A stretch of DNA of 29,002 nt from a virus (Duplodnaviria > Heunggongvirae > Uroviricota > Caudoviricetes). Numbering within the stretch: the first letter of the stretch is position 1; each line of letters starts with the position of its first letter. The notes below the pieces were generated by a model, which made no database searches, was not told the DNA's origin, and worked only from the letters and a program-made list of their open reading frames with translations. A program made the position numbers and the translations under genes. The stretch is from IMG/VR virus record IMGVR_UViG_3300021256_000063, positions 128,001-157,002 of that record; one strand, given 5' to 3'. This document shows, one piece after another, positions 18,687-28,688 of the stretch.

Positions 18687-19253
18687 TTACTGTACATCAC
18701 TATTCAGTCCAGTCAGAATTGCCAAATCAGTTCCCCACATGCCATCCAAGGCTCTAATAGTAGAAATACTGTCAAGTTCACCATTCCTGACCATTTCAGC
18801 AGCGATGCTTTTAAGACTGTCTACAACACCAATAGGTAGGTTAGGAATAATAGCCTGAATTTCTCTAGTCGGTCTTTGAAGCAATTCCCTCAAATCCGAT
18901 ACCGGATAAAGTTTTGCGTAAAATTCTTTCAGTTTAGGAAACTCATCAATAAAATCCTGATCCTCGACAACAATCATAGGACGGAACAACAGACTGGTTC
19001 CAGCACGCACTTCAGCAACCAAATCCTGATATTCAATCCCAATGATATCGCCCATACCTAAAAATGTGTAAATCATATTAGTTCTTTTACCAAGAAGATG
19101 TGTCTTACCAGTAAGAATAGCCTTGCAAGGAATTCTGTCATCAGACGCAAACTTCTTCTTCTGGACTGTTTCTTTAACCTCTGGTTCAATCACAACATTC
19201 TCAGCAATAGTAGGTGCAGGTGTGACCTGCGTTCTTTTAGCACTTCTAGCCAT
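18687..19253 (-). CDS. Hypothetical protein following major capsid (188 aa)
   Basis: AAGGAG RBS; position typical of SPbeta-like head modules. Confidence 0.7.
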   Translation of the reverse strand: MARSAKRTQVTPAPTIAENVVIEPEVKETVQKKKFASDDRIPCKAILTGKTHLLGKRTNMIYTFLGMGDIIGIEYQDLVAEVRAGTSLLFRPMIVVEDQDFIDEFPKLKEFYAKLYPVSDLRELLQRPTREIQAIIPNLPIGVVDSLKSIAAEMVRNGELDSISTIRALDGMWGTDLAILTGLNSDVQ

Positions 19254-19290
19254 AATTATTTACTCCTTTTATTCCATAAAATTAATTTTA

Positions 19291-20394
19291 TCAAGCGGGA
19301 AGAGTCCACATACCGAAGTAGCGACCAAGCTGGACACCGACACCGAAGCCACGGGTCATTTCATACTTCATAACATCATCCCAACGACCGTTCTCTTCAC
19401 CCTTCTCGGTGACCTGATAAATCTCGGTCTCGCCCTGATCAACAACCTTGACAAACTTATCTTCCATAACGGGCAGAATAAGCAGAATCTTGTCATCAAA
19501 AGCTTTCTGAGTCAGGGTCTTGTCAAGGAAACGCTGAGGAATCTCAACCAGTTCAGTACCCTCATAAGTACCCAGTCTACCAGTATTGGCAACGCTTTCC
19601 TTCTGAGACTGTGCTCTCCAATCAACATCAGTCAGAGCATTCAGCTTCTTCAGAGCAGTCTTTGTACCAACAATAACAGCGGGGCAACCATTGATAGCTT
19701 CAACATTAGAAATGATCTCATCAAAGGTGTCCTTAACCAGAGTATTATTACCAATCAGAGTAGGAGAAGCGGGAAGCTTCTTATATGCATCGCCAAAAGC
19801 AGCATAAATCTGATTAATAAGTTCATTCTGGAATGCCTTAGCAACAGCATTAACCAGAGCAGCCCAATCATCCTGACCTACAAGATAACGGTCAATCTGA
19901 GCACCAACAGCAGCACCATAGACTTCCTGTTTAACAGTAAATCTTTCACCTCTGCCAAGTCTCTGAAGCACGAAATCATGATGCTGACCAGAAACCTTAG
20001 CAACACTCAGCAGAGTATCATCATTAGTCACGAACTCAATAACGTCATCATTAGCGATGGAACGTCTGTCAACATACTGCATGAAGAAATCATTCTCACG
20101 AAGTCCTTCCTCAATCTTCAGGTCAACAACTTCCTCGATAACCTCAAACAGCTCTTCACCATGCTTACGCATTGCACGATGCAGAGTGCGTTTAGAGGGC
20201 TTCTCTTCATGAATGTCAAGAATCTGATAAACAAACTTTCTCAGCTTGTCATTAGCTTCCTGCTTGCCAATAATCTTGCCATCATCAACAATATCATTAC
20301 CCATAGCAAGATCAAACATCAGATTACGAACAGACTCATAAGGAGTCTCCGCAAAGATGCTTCTCAGATGTTCTGTAGAAAATACCTTAATCAT
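19291..20394 (-). CDS. Major capsid protein (367 aa)
   Basis: AAGGAGG RBS; strong highly-expressed codon bias; HK97-like C-terminal pattern (VIVGTKTALKKL...GRLGTYEGTELVEIP...ILLILP); follows protease/scaffold. Confidence 0.85.
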   Translation of the reverse strand: MIKVFSTEHLRSIFAETPYESVRNLMFDLAMGNDIVDDGKIIGKQEANDKLRKFVYQILDIHEEKPSKRTLHRAMRKHGEELFEVIEEVVDLKIEEGLRENDFFMQYVDRRSIANDDVIEFVTNDDTLLSVAKVSGQHHDFVLQRLGRGERFTVKQEVYGAAVGAQIDRYLVGQDDWAALVNAVAKAFQNELINQIYAAFGDAYKKLPASPTLIGNNTLVKDTFDEIISNVEAINGCPAVIVGTKTALKKLNALTDVDWRAQSQKESVANTGRLGTYEGTELVEIPQRFLDKTLTQKAFDDKILLILPVMEDKFVKVVDQGETEIYQVTEKGEENGRWDDVMKYEMTRGFGVGVQLGRYFGMWTLPA

Positions 20395-20421
20395 ATCGCT
20401 TTATCCTCCTTTCTTAGTCTA

Positions 20422-20889
20422 TTACGCTGCAACGACATACTTGCCGTCTGCAAAAGAAACTGCCTTGCCAACAGCGGGTTCGCCTTGGAATCCCTCAACA
20501 GACATCTCAAAGATATCGCCCTTAACCAGAGAATAACCCTTAACCACGTCACCCTTTTTGTTCACCCATGCCTTAGGGTCAAGGGTCTGAGGAATAGCCT
20601 CATAAGGGGAAATCTCAGGCATCAGAATCCAAAGTGCCTCTGTAGCATCAGTAACCTCAACATACCAATTACCATTAGCAGCCTGCTCAACAATCTTACC
20701 TGCAAAAGTATTAGGAGCAGCCGCTTCTTTGTAAGTACCAAGCTTAATATATTCACCACGACCAACCAGAACGCCATTGTCATGATCAGCAGTCAGCTCG
20801 ATATCAAAAATATGTCCACCGCCATTAGCCGCAAGCAGCCTAGAGGGGAACGCTTCATTGTGTGTAAAAGTGAAAGCAATATCAATCAT
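20422..20889 (-). CDS. Capsid-associated/decoration protein (155 aa)
   Basis: AAAGGAG RBS; beta-rich with the same codon bias as the capsid; between scaffold and MCP. Confidence 0.65.
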   Translation of the reverse strand: MIDIAFTFTHNEAFPSRLLAANGGGHIFDIELTADHDNGVLVGRGEYIKLGTYKEAAAPNTFAGKIVEQAANGNWYVEVTDATEALWILMPEISPYEAIPQTLDPKAWVNKKGDVVKGYSLVKGDIFEMSVEGFQGEPAVGKAVSFADGKYVVAA

Positions 20890-20924
20890 AGCTTTAAATC
20901 TCCTTTCTATAAATTTAATTTAAA

Positions 20925-22589
20925 TTAGTCAAAGATATTTCCATATCTCTTACTGGTTTCAGCACTCTTTCCTTCAGGAACTCTGAAGAAAGAGAATGTA
21001 TGCTGATTAGTATCTTTTGAAACATGCTCTTTCTTACTATTATTCTTAATATAAGAGAGCAGAAGAGCATCGCATTTAGCCTGAATCTCATCAGCAGAGA
21101 ATTCAGTGACCTTTTCCTTAATCTGTGCAAACTCAGCAGAATCAGAAATCAGTTCCCATTCGTCAGAATTAATAATCTCTTCTTTACGGGAATCTTCAGC
21201 GGCTTTCTGATACTTAGCCAGTTCTTCAGATACAGCAGAATACTTAGAGCGAATATTTTCAATCTCGGCCTCTTCAGTGTCTGTCACATAAATTGCATGC
21301 ACAGGAACTCTGTCACCCTTGAGAGAGAACACGCCAGCACGCTCACTATAAGCTTGACGATAAGCAGAACCAGCCCATACATCAACCATTACAAGTTCTT
21401 TGTCATAAACAAGAACACTGTAATAAGCATTATCAGATTCAGAGTAAGTATCATTTACCAGTGTACCAAGCGCATAAATCTTATCATTCAGAGACACAGC
21501 AAACTCTTTGCCATTAACACTGTAAGTAATAGAATTCTCGACCTTCTTAACGGGTTCATCATCCTGAACAGCTGGAGTCTCTTCTTGCGGCTCAGTCTCA
21601 GATTCCTCAACTTCAGGCTCGGTGTTTTCCTCTTCAGCTTCAGGCTCGTTGTCAGCTTCAGCCTCACCACCTTCAGCAGAATCAGAATCAGCTTCATCTT
21701 CAAAATTCGATTCAGGAGCAGGATCGGCCTCAGCGCTACCAAACATCTCTTCGAATTTAGCTTTCAGCTCTTCATCTGTCAGATTCTCATGCTCAAATGT
21801 GACATCTTCAGCAGTTACATTGTACTGTTCTAAAAGTTGCTCAAATAAGCCCATTTCATCTTTTCCTCCTTTCATAGAATTTTGATCTATCTCAAATGTG
21901 GCTTTATCCACATTGAAATTTAATAAAGATATGTTAGCACCTTCCATAGCTGGCTCAACTACAGAGCCATCTTCATAATAACCAAGAATTGTGATTCCCT
22001 TAAATACAAAATCATCAATATTTAATATCTTTTCCTTGGCATCATATGAAAAATCATAGACATCAATTTCAACAGACACTGGGCACTTCCCTTCGGCGTC
22101 CATTAAAATGTCAGGTGCCTTTGTATAACCCTCATAAAGATAAGCATCAGTTTCAATATATTCCTTATCATTATCAGCGTCATAAACTAATTCAGGCTTT
22201 GCATCGGCAGGAACATGACCAACAGGAATCTCGTCATATACGACTTCTCCATTATCACCTTCATGCATTGCATGCCAACCAAATACATTCTTTTCTTCTC
22301 CATCGATTTCCAACTGGTGAATGTACGCTAAAATAGGTCGATTCTTAATACTCTTGAGATTCTTCTTCATAGAATTATAAGTGATCTGACTTCTATTTCT
22401 ATTCTTACCAACATGGGCAGCTTGCAGATGCGCCCTTACAAGACCATCTTTAGACGTGTCATTGCTAAAAGACAGCGATCCCTCAAGACCGACTGCTACA
22501 AATGAGGCACCAAACTCATCTTTAGAAAATTTAAGATTGGTTCCCTTATTTACTAAATAATCATAAAAAGCATCTATACTAATAAACAT
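20925..22589 (-). CDS. Prohead protease fused to acidic scaffold domain (554 aa)
   Basis: AAGGGGG RBS before ATG 22587-22589. N-half HVGKNRNRS...RPILAYI...FGWH...PVSVEI...FKGITILG...VEPAMEGA resembles prohead serine proteases. C-half is acidic/coiled-coil. Lies between portal and capsid. Confidence 0.8.
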   Translation of the reverse strand: MFISIDAFYDYLVNKGTNLKFSKDEFGASFVAVGLEGSLSFSNDTSKDGLVRAHLQAAHVGKNRNRSQITYNSMKKNLKSIKNRPILAYIHQLEIDGEEKNVFGWHAMHEGDNGEVVYDEIPVGHVPADAKPELVYDADNDKEYIETDAYLYEGYTKAPDILMDAEGKCPVSVEIDVYDFSYDAKEKILNIDDFVFKGITILGYYEDGSVVEPAMEGANISLLNFNVDKATFEIDQNSMKGGKDEMGLFEQLLEQYNVTAEDVTFEHENLTDEELKAKFEEMFGSAEADPAPESNFEDEADSDSAEGGEAEADNEPEAEEENTEPEVEESETEPQEETPAVQDDEPVKKVENSITYSVNGKEFAVSLNDKIYALGTLVNDTYSESDNAYYSVLVYDKELVMVDVWAGSAYRQAYSERAGVFSLKGDRVPVHAIYVTDTEEAEIENIRSKYSAVSEELAKYQKAAEDSRKEEIINSDEWELISDSAEFAQIKEKVTEFSADEIQAKCDALLLSYIKNNSKKEHVSKDTNQHTFSFFRVPEGKSAETSKRYGNIFD

Positions 22590-22600
22590 AACACACCCCC

Positions 22601-22789
22601 TTACAGACATACCGTTCTTGAGAAGGTGCATTTATCTACAGGGACAGTACTGAACTCCCCATTTTCAAAACGACCTATATTAACAAATACAAACTGGCTT
22701 CCCTCTTTCTCCATTTCAGGATAACCAGCTTGTCTAAATAACTCAGCCACCTCTTCATCAGAGGTTTTAATAAACGGCATTTTTTCCAT
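22601..22789 (-). CDS. Small hypothetical protein (62 aa)
   Basis: AAGGAGG RBS at about 22798-22804; fills the gap between portal and protease. Confidence 0.7.
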   Translation of the reverse strand: MEKMPFIKTSDEEVAELFRQAGYPEMEKEGSQFVFVNIGRFENGEFSTVPVDKCTFSRTVCL

Positions 22790-22804
22790 TTTTGAAACCT
22801 CCTT

Positions 22805-24397
22805 TTATTCGTTTGATCTGTCTCTTTTTTCTCTTGAAATTTCCCCGTCATTGCTCAAATCTGAGTCGTCAGACTCTGGTCTACCAACCTCACCATCACT
22901 ATTACCAGAGGACGTATGACTAGATGCAAGAGGACTATTAAACTTTTCAGACAGACCAAGAATATTTTCTTCAAGATAATTAGTAGCTAATGACTCATAT
23001 TCACTAATGCCATTGAGCGCATTAAGTGCAAGTTTTACAGGAAGACCATAAGTACCATTCTCCAGTAATTCTTTCCTAAAGTCCTCTTTTGTATAAGCAC
23101 TAATAGGGAAGAACACTACTTTACAAGGTGTACTCAGATTATAAGTTGCATATCTATTAACCCATCCCTGAGTCTGTCCAAGTAAAGAACTGATTGCCAA
23201 TTCTGTATCAACCTTCATTGCCAGTTTCAGACCAGTTGTACCTGTAATAGATATACTATTCAGTACTTGTCCACCCATACCAGAATTAAGTACATTTTCT
23301 GTAGCTTTAGTAACTTTATTGCTATTAGTCGTAGCATCATTATCACTAAATCCAATAGTATTTAATTTTCCGGGCACAATAGCAGCAGAAGTGTAATCAG
23401 GCAATGCCTCTTCACACATTCTATTAAAGTATTGAATAATAATCTCAGGATCAACTTTCCAGTCGTCTATATTTTTACTGCCAGAGATAGTTTCCATCTC
23501 TAACCAGATTAACTTATAAATATCCTGTTCATCTGCAATAGCTTGGAAATCTTTAACATCTTCCAGATTAATTAATTCTGCAAATAAACCAGAATAATAT
23601 GGGACAATAACTCTCCAGTCTTCAGTATTTAATTTTAAACATACAGTATATTCTTCTGGAAATATCTGCCATCTAAAATCATCACCACCAGATTCATACT
23701 GACGATACATACTTTCAAAAGGTTCACCCCAATACTCTAATAAATAATTATAAGTTCCTGTAAAATATGACATGTCCATAGCAAAGGCAAAATCACCACT
23801 TGCAAATCTACCCGCAATCCTACAATAATCGGGATCAAGTGGAAGAATAAACAAGCCATTATCGTCATAATATGCGCAACCATAAAATACATCCTGAAGA
23901 AAACAGATAAGATATATCATTAAGAATTTCTGTTGAAGATCGAGACTATCAATAAATTTAGCTGTTTCAGCATATTCTTTTAATATCTTCTTATCATTTT
24001 GTGTATTAGCAGTTACATCATAATTTGGTATAATGCGCCTTGCATCCAATTCAAACATAGTCGCATTATAATTAATAAGTTTCTTATACATCTGTGACCT
24101 ATAATAAAGATACCAAGAAAGATTCCTGAGGTTCTTTTCATTATTACTGATATTCTTTAAATAAGTAAGAAGTTTTTCCTTATTAAACGTAGGAATTGCT
24201 TTTCTGGTATTCTTAGTCACATCTGTAATTTGCTTAAATGAATTTTCAGCAGCTTCAAAATTCTTTATCTTATTATAATTATCGTTATAAAAAGATTGTA
24301 ATTCTGAAACTGTCTTTACTCCATGCTGAGTATTAATTGACTCTCGTGTCTGGGCTGTGCTCGACACATTGCGATTTTTTCTTCTTTTACGTGCCAT
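22805..24397 (-). CDS. Portal protein (530 aa; start revised to MARKRRKN)
   Basis: GGAGGTG RBS at 24401-24407; directly after the large terminase; typical size; acidic C-terminal GEVGRPESDD tail common in portals. Confidence 0.8.
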   Translation of the reverse strand: MARKRRKNRNVSSTAQTRESINTQHGVKTVSELQSFYNDNYNKIKNFEAAENSFKQITDVTKNTRKAIPTFNKEKLLTYLKNISNNEKNLRNLSWYLYYRSQMYKKLINYNATMFELDARRIIPNYDVTANTQNDKKILKEYAETAKFIDSLDLQQKFLMIYLICFLQDVFYGCAYYDDNGLFILPLDPDYCRIAGRFASGDFAFAMDMSYFTGTYNYLLEYWGEPFESMYRQYESGGDDFRWQIFPEEYTVCLKLNTEDWRVIVPYYSGLFAELINLEDVKDFQAIADEQDIYKLIWLEMETISGSKNIDDWKVDPEIIIQYFNRMCEEALPDYTSAAIVPGKLNTIGFSDNDATTNSNKVTKATENVLNSGMGGQVLNSISITGTTGLKLAMKVDTELAISSLLGQTQGWVNRYATYNLSTPCKVVFFPISAYTKEDFRKELLENGTYGLPVKLALNALNGISEYESLATNYLEENILGLSEKFNSPLASSHTSSGNSDGEVGRPESDDSDLSNDGEISREKRDRSNE

Positions 24398-24407
24398 ATG
24401 CACCTCC

Positions 24408-26186
24408 TCAAATAACTCTATTATTTCTTGTACGTCCTCTTCTAATAGGAAGACTATATACAAGCTGTTCCACATCAGATATATTGGGTTTTAATTGCAA
24501 TTCTAATTGTTTCATGCACCAGTAATTATATGACAGAGAAGAGTAACGGTCTTTCCTATTACCCTTTGTCTCGAATACTTTCAACTTACCATCTTTATAA
24601 TAGCCTTTTAATTTTACCAACTCAAAAATAGCAGCTGATGTTTCTGCATATGATTTAAGCAATTCACCCTTTTCATATACAGTCAATTTCTTATAACCCT
24701 TAAATTCTTTAGAAAGATATATTTCCGCATCATTTTCAGATACTAAGAAATCAACATTGCCATTCTGGATTGCGTTACGGAGTAAGAGACAATATACACT
24801 ATTAGAATCGGCTGACGCTTTAACAGAATACACAACTTTTTTAGCATCACGAACTTTACAACGCTGTGCCATTTCATCATTATTACAACAAGTTAAGGCT
24901 TTATAAGTGTTTCCTGTTTCAGGATCATATTGGTCTTTTATAATATAATCATAAACTCCTAGGCCACTCCCGTTGGTATCAAGTACTAAATATGTACAAC
25001 CATACTCATAAAAATATCTCATAACAATTAAAGCCAATTCGTCTGTAGTAAGTCCCTCAAAAGTATCACCAAATATAAAGTGGGCTTTATATTTTGTATC
25101 TGTAGTCTTAATTGCGTCATTAATATATATAGCAGCAGCGTCATTTTTTTTCTTTTTAGTAGAAGCCATAAGTGCAACGTCAACTGATAATATGCGTTCT
25201 CCATTTCTAGGAGCGTGTGGAATAGGATTATCTTTAGAATAAAATTTTAAAGGTAATAATCCTTTTTTATTTACCCTTAATCGAGTAGCTTCATCAAAAC
25301 TAAATACACCACCTTCATTATCACCATACCAAAAACAATCATCTTCCATATGAAAAGCAACTTCATCAAAATCGTCTTCTGACATACGGTCTTCAACTTC
25401 ATCTCTCATCAATAATCCTTCAAGAATAGATATCTGATAAGGAAGACCACAAACAAAATATTTTCTTTTTGGATTAATAAAATTTTTAAAATACGCTAAA
25501 AACTTATCATAACCCCAGCTTGATTTTAACCACGCAGAAGACATGTATATTTCTTTATTACGTTCTTGAAGATGGGAATATTCTGGTTTACTAAGGTAGC
25601 CCGGTGATCGAGGGGCTTTCAAAAATTCACGAATAACACTATCAATAATACGTTTATCTGTTTTAACGTATTCGTCTACTATAATAATATTACAGTGAGC
25701 GGAACGTGCATTGTCTGTACTAGTAGTTATTTTAATCCAACTATCATTTTTAAAATATACTGAACCGTCATTCTGCCCTATACTGATTTTAGCTATTTCA
25801 TTTCTTAAAAAGCTGCTTTGGGGACAAAATTCATCTCTAATTTTTAGCAACGATTCAGCGGCCTGTTTTAGTACAGGTGCTGTTATTATAACTTTAGAAC
25901 CGGGATATAAAATACAATATATTGTTGCCACGAGTGCAACTAACATAGTTTTGCCTTGACCCCTTGCGGCTAAGTAGAGGACGTAATTATTATGCATCAT
26001 TGCCCATAATAATAATTCCTGAAACCATCGCAACCGAATAGTTTTAAATTGTAACACATCCTTTACAAATCTTTGTGGATTTGCTCGATAATACCCAGCA
26101 CGCCAAGCAATGGTTTTCATTAATTTGTTATGCTTTTCTTCTTTAACTTCATCTATACTTCTAGTTTCTTCTATAAATTCAGCCAT
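24408..26186 (-). CDS. terL: Terminase large subunit (592 aa)
   Basis: Walker A AARGQGKT, Walker B IIIVDE, motif III YMSS, nuclease motifs LSVDVA, LVLDTNGSG and RKDRYSS. Confidence 0.93.
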   Translation of the reverse strand: MAEFIEETRSIDEVKEEKHNKLMKTIAWRAGYYRANPQRFVKDVLQFKTIRLRWFQELLLWAMMHNNYVLYLAARGQGKTMLVALVATIYCILYPGSKVIITAPVLKQAAESLLKIRDEFCPQSSFLRNEIAKISIGQNDGSVYFKNDSWIKITTSTDNARSAHCNIIIVDEYVKTDKRIIDSVIREFLKAPRSPGYLSKPEYSHLQERNKEIYMSSAWLKSSWGYDKFLAYFKNFINPKRKYFVCGLPYQISILEGLLMRDEVEDRMSEDDFDEVAFHMEDDCFWYGDNEGGVFSFDEATRLRVNKKGLLPLKFYSKDNPIPHAPRNGERILSVDVALMASTKKKKNDAAAIYINDAIKTTDTKYKAHFIFGDTFEGLTTDELALIVMRYFYEYGCTYLVLDTNGSGLGVYDYIIKDQYDPETGNTYKALTCCNNDEMAQRCKVRDAKKVVYSVKASADSNSVYCLLLRNAIQNGNVDFLVSENDAEIYLSKEFKGYKKLTVYEKGELLKSYAETSAAIFELVKLKGYYKDGKLKVFETKGNRKDRYSSLSYNYWCMKQLELQLKPNISDVEQLVYSLPIRRGRTRNNRVI

Positions 26187-27283
26187 TATTCATCATCCGA
26201 TTCAAATTCTTGAGCCATTTTATTTCCGAAAATTTCGTCAAAAATAGCTTCTGTATCATCGCCCTCTTCATATTCAGGACGTGTCACAGTAAATTTACCA
26301 ATAAATCTTTCATATATAGAAGAAAAAGCATTTTTTAAATTAAGCATTTTAGCCAAGTGTCCTTTAAAGAACACATCAATTAACAAGCCAATCCTATCCA
26401 CATCAGCCCATTCACCCTCTGGTTCAGGAATTGGTCTTTCCATCTCCCAAGCTTTAATTAATTCACCGAAACTTTTTTGATCAGTCATAGCATCAGTAGA
26501 ATTCTGTGTAGGCTTAATTCCTAAACTTGTCATAATATCCTGACAAGATTTAATAGCATCTTTAGGATCTGACCCCTCTTTAGCTAATTGTCTGGCTCTC
26601 ATATCTTGTATACACAACTGTTCAAACAAAACCTCTTGAGCCTTAGCTTCGGCAGGATATCTGGACACCCAGTCTTCATAAGCACTTTCAAGTTGATATA
26701 ATTCTTCAGCAGAATAAGCGCCAAACCTTTTACGACCACGTTTAATTATCTCTTGGTCTTCATCAACTATATCAATCCTATCTGGTTGCTTAGTAACAAG
26801 CTTTTCGCCCCATTCAGAGTTCTCCCATGTTTTATCTTTATATGCTGGGAAGCTATTTATCTGAGTCATATATCTTTGGAATGGCATCATTTTTGCCTTA
26901 CCAGAATCATTAGATTCTTCATTGTTATATGCATTAACACAGCTAACATATAAACTTTCAATAAAAGGTCTATCCATTTTCCGTAGAACTCTTTGGACAG
27001 ATAATTTAGTCTCTTTAGGCTGATCCGTAGGCTTTTCTATATTCTCCGCATCTCTAAAGACACACTCTTTACAATATGGATAAAACCCATGTATTGTATT
27101 TCTATCTGCATAAAAGTTTTCTCTCTTTGCAGATTTTAATCGTCCACAAGAAGGACACACCAAATCATCACATTTCGTGATTCTTGTATAGCGTTCTGCA
27201 AGAGCATTATATTCGTTTCGCAAATCGCCCACTCTCATTTTTTTTACAGCTTCTTGGCTCTTAACCTCACGAAGATAAGCCAT
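26186..27283 (-). CDS. Zinc-finger protein upstream of TerL, putative terminase small subunit (365 aa)
   Basis: CPSC...CKEC; TAATG coupling to terL; AGGAAGGTG RBS. Function from synteny. Confidence 0.6.
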   Translation of the reverse strand: MAYLREVKSQEAVKKMRVGDLRNEYNALAERYTRITKCDDLVCPSCGRLKSAKRENFYADRNTIHGFYPYCKECVFRDAENIEKPTDQPKETKLSVQRVLRKMDRPFIESLYVSCVNAYNNEESNDSGKAKMMPFQRYMTQINSFPAYKDKTWENSEWGEKLVTKQPDRIDIVDEDQEIIKRGRKRFGAYSAEELYQLESAYEDWVSRYPAEAKAQEVLFEQLCIQDMRARQLAKEGSDPKDAIKSCQDIMTSLGIKPTQNSTDAMTDQKSFGELIKAWEMERPIPEPEGEWADVDRIGLLIDVFFKGHLAKMLNLKNAFSSIYERFIGKFTVTRPEYEEGDDTEAIFDEIFGNKMAQEFESDDE

Positions 27284-27335
27284 GCAATCACCTTCCTTTT
27301 TTATCTGTTTGATTCATTAAAAGTTACATACGAAA

Positions 27336-27412
27336 TAACGGGAGGGGGATTTGAACCCCCGAATCTCTAGCCTATGAAGCTAGCGAGTTAAACCGAACTT
27401 CTCCATCCCGCA
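27336..27412 (-). tRNA. tRNA with CAU anticodon (Met/fMet-like), CCA not encoded
   Basis: Cloverleaf: acceptor (U)GCGGGA/UCCCGU(U) with discriminator A; D-stem GAG/CUC; anticodon stem CUAGC/GCUAG with loop UUCAUAG; T-arm GGGGG-UUCAAAU-CCCCC. Confidence 0.9.
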
Positions 27413-27415
27413 TAT

Positions 27416-27451
27416 ATAATAAAGAAGAGATACGTTTGCACGCATCTCTTC
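27416..27451 (-). terminator. Hairpin/terminator between phosphoesterase and tRNA
   Basis: GAAGAGAUGCGU-GCAA-ACGUAUCUCUUC (12 bp, GNRA loop) followed by UUUAUUAU. It may instead be a processing element for the tRNA. Confidence 0.6.
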
Positions 27452-27455
27452 CTAT

Positions 27456-28679
27456 TTATAATATGAATTTATATGATTCATTATGACCATAAATATGATG
27501 AAAACCAAAAATCTTCACAGCTGGCTTACTACCTTTAAAAATACTATCTGCATAAGGATCACATCCCACAAAACTAGGACACACTAAAACCTCAGTATCA
27601 TGACAGCATCCTTCAGAACCACTGATTTCTTTACTGGTATGCGTATGCCCAATAATAAGGTAATCAACCATTTCATCCTGTTTAACAGACAACATACTTA
27701 ACGCATTCTCAAAACTCTTAATCTGATGACCATGCATCGCAATTACATTAAATCCAGTCACATCAATTTTAGTAAACCATTCACCCTCTTTAGGGGTATT
27801 AACTGTAATCCGCTTATTTGATACACACAAGTCTTCAATATAATGCCCGATAATATATTCCACGTCTTCATCCATCAGCTCATTAGGTCTTGTACCAAGC
27901 ACTCTAAGTTGAGAATGATTAGAAGAGCCTACATGATAATATTTAATATAAGCATATTTAGACAATTCTGTTAAGAATGCAGCCACAGTCTTAGATACTT
28001 CAACAACAGCAACCACCATGGAAGAATCATTAATCTTTAAATCATTGGCATGAATAAGACCTTGAACAAAATCACCCAGACCAAGCACTGTCAGTTCTTT
28101 GACCTTATGAAAACGAATAAAATTCACGATATCCACAACCAACAGATCAAATCTATCCTTCATAATATCCAATGAATATTCATTAGTTAAAGATGTAAAC
28201 TTTGCACCTGCATGAATATCTGCAAGACACAAAACATATGCCTCTTCACTATTATCGTTAACCTGAATGGCTTCAAATTCTGGAACAGGAATAGTCTGAG
28301 CTAAGCTATGAACTTGTTCAAAGAATAATTCCCTACGAGCCTGTTCTCTATCAATCCTGTTGCGCTCAACATTTAACGTCTGTATTTTAATTCTTTCACG
28401 TCTAAGTTCCGCAAGTTGCTTCTGAATGTTAGGATCATATTCAGCATCTGAAATCATAGTACTAAATACATTATCATAATACCTTTTAGCAGTTGATACC
28501 TGACGTCTATAAGTATCGCTATTTTTCCATTGGCTTTCATCTGTATATAACTGAGCATTTACTGTATCAGCCACGTCTTTCCATGAATCAATCAGCCCGT
28601 TACCAATATAATGCCCAATTCTCCAAATATATTGTTCTTCTGATTCAGTAGGTAATTTATTTAATAATTGTTTATCCAT
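27456..28679 (-). CDS. Calcineurin-like metallophosphoesterase (407 aa)
   Basis: Motifs LADIHAG, LGDFVQG, SSNH (GNH variant), MHGH and GHTH; N-terminal helical/coiled-coil extension. Confidence 0.85.
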   Translation of the reverse strand: MDKQLLNKLPTESEEQYIWRIGHYIGNGLIDSWKDVADTVNAQLYTDESQWKNSDTYRRQVSTAKRYYDNVFSTMISDAEYDPNIQKQLAELRRERIKIQTLNVERNRIDREQARRELFFEQVHSLAQTIPVPEFEAIQVNDNSEEAYVLCLADIHAGAKFTSLTNEYSLDIMKDRFDLLVVDIVNFIRFHKVKELTVLGLGDFVQGLIHANDLKINDSSMVVAVVEVSKTVAAFLTELSKYAYIKYYHVGSSNHSQLRVLGTRPNELMDEDVEYIIGHYIEDLCVSNKRITVNTPKEGEWFTKIDVTGFNVIAMHGHQIKSFENALSMLSVKQDEMVDYLIIGHTHTSKEISGSEGCCHDTEVLVCPSFVGCDPYADSIFKGSKPAVKIFGFHHIYGHNESYKFIL

Positions 28680-28688
28680 ATATTATCC

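Noticed and set aside
19123-20928. 601-aa plus-strand ORF
   Set aside because: Antisense shadow of the capsid and decoration genes, caused by their codon bias. It has I/L/S/N-rich non-protein-like composition and no RBS.
24408-26186. Intein or intron in the large terminase
   Set aside because: Normal length with continuous ATPase and nuclease motifs; no splicing motifs seen.
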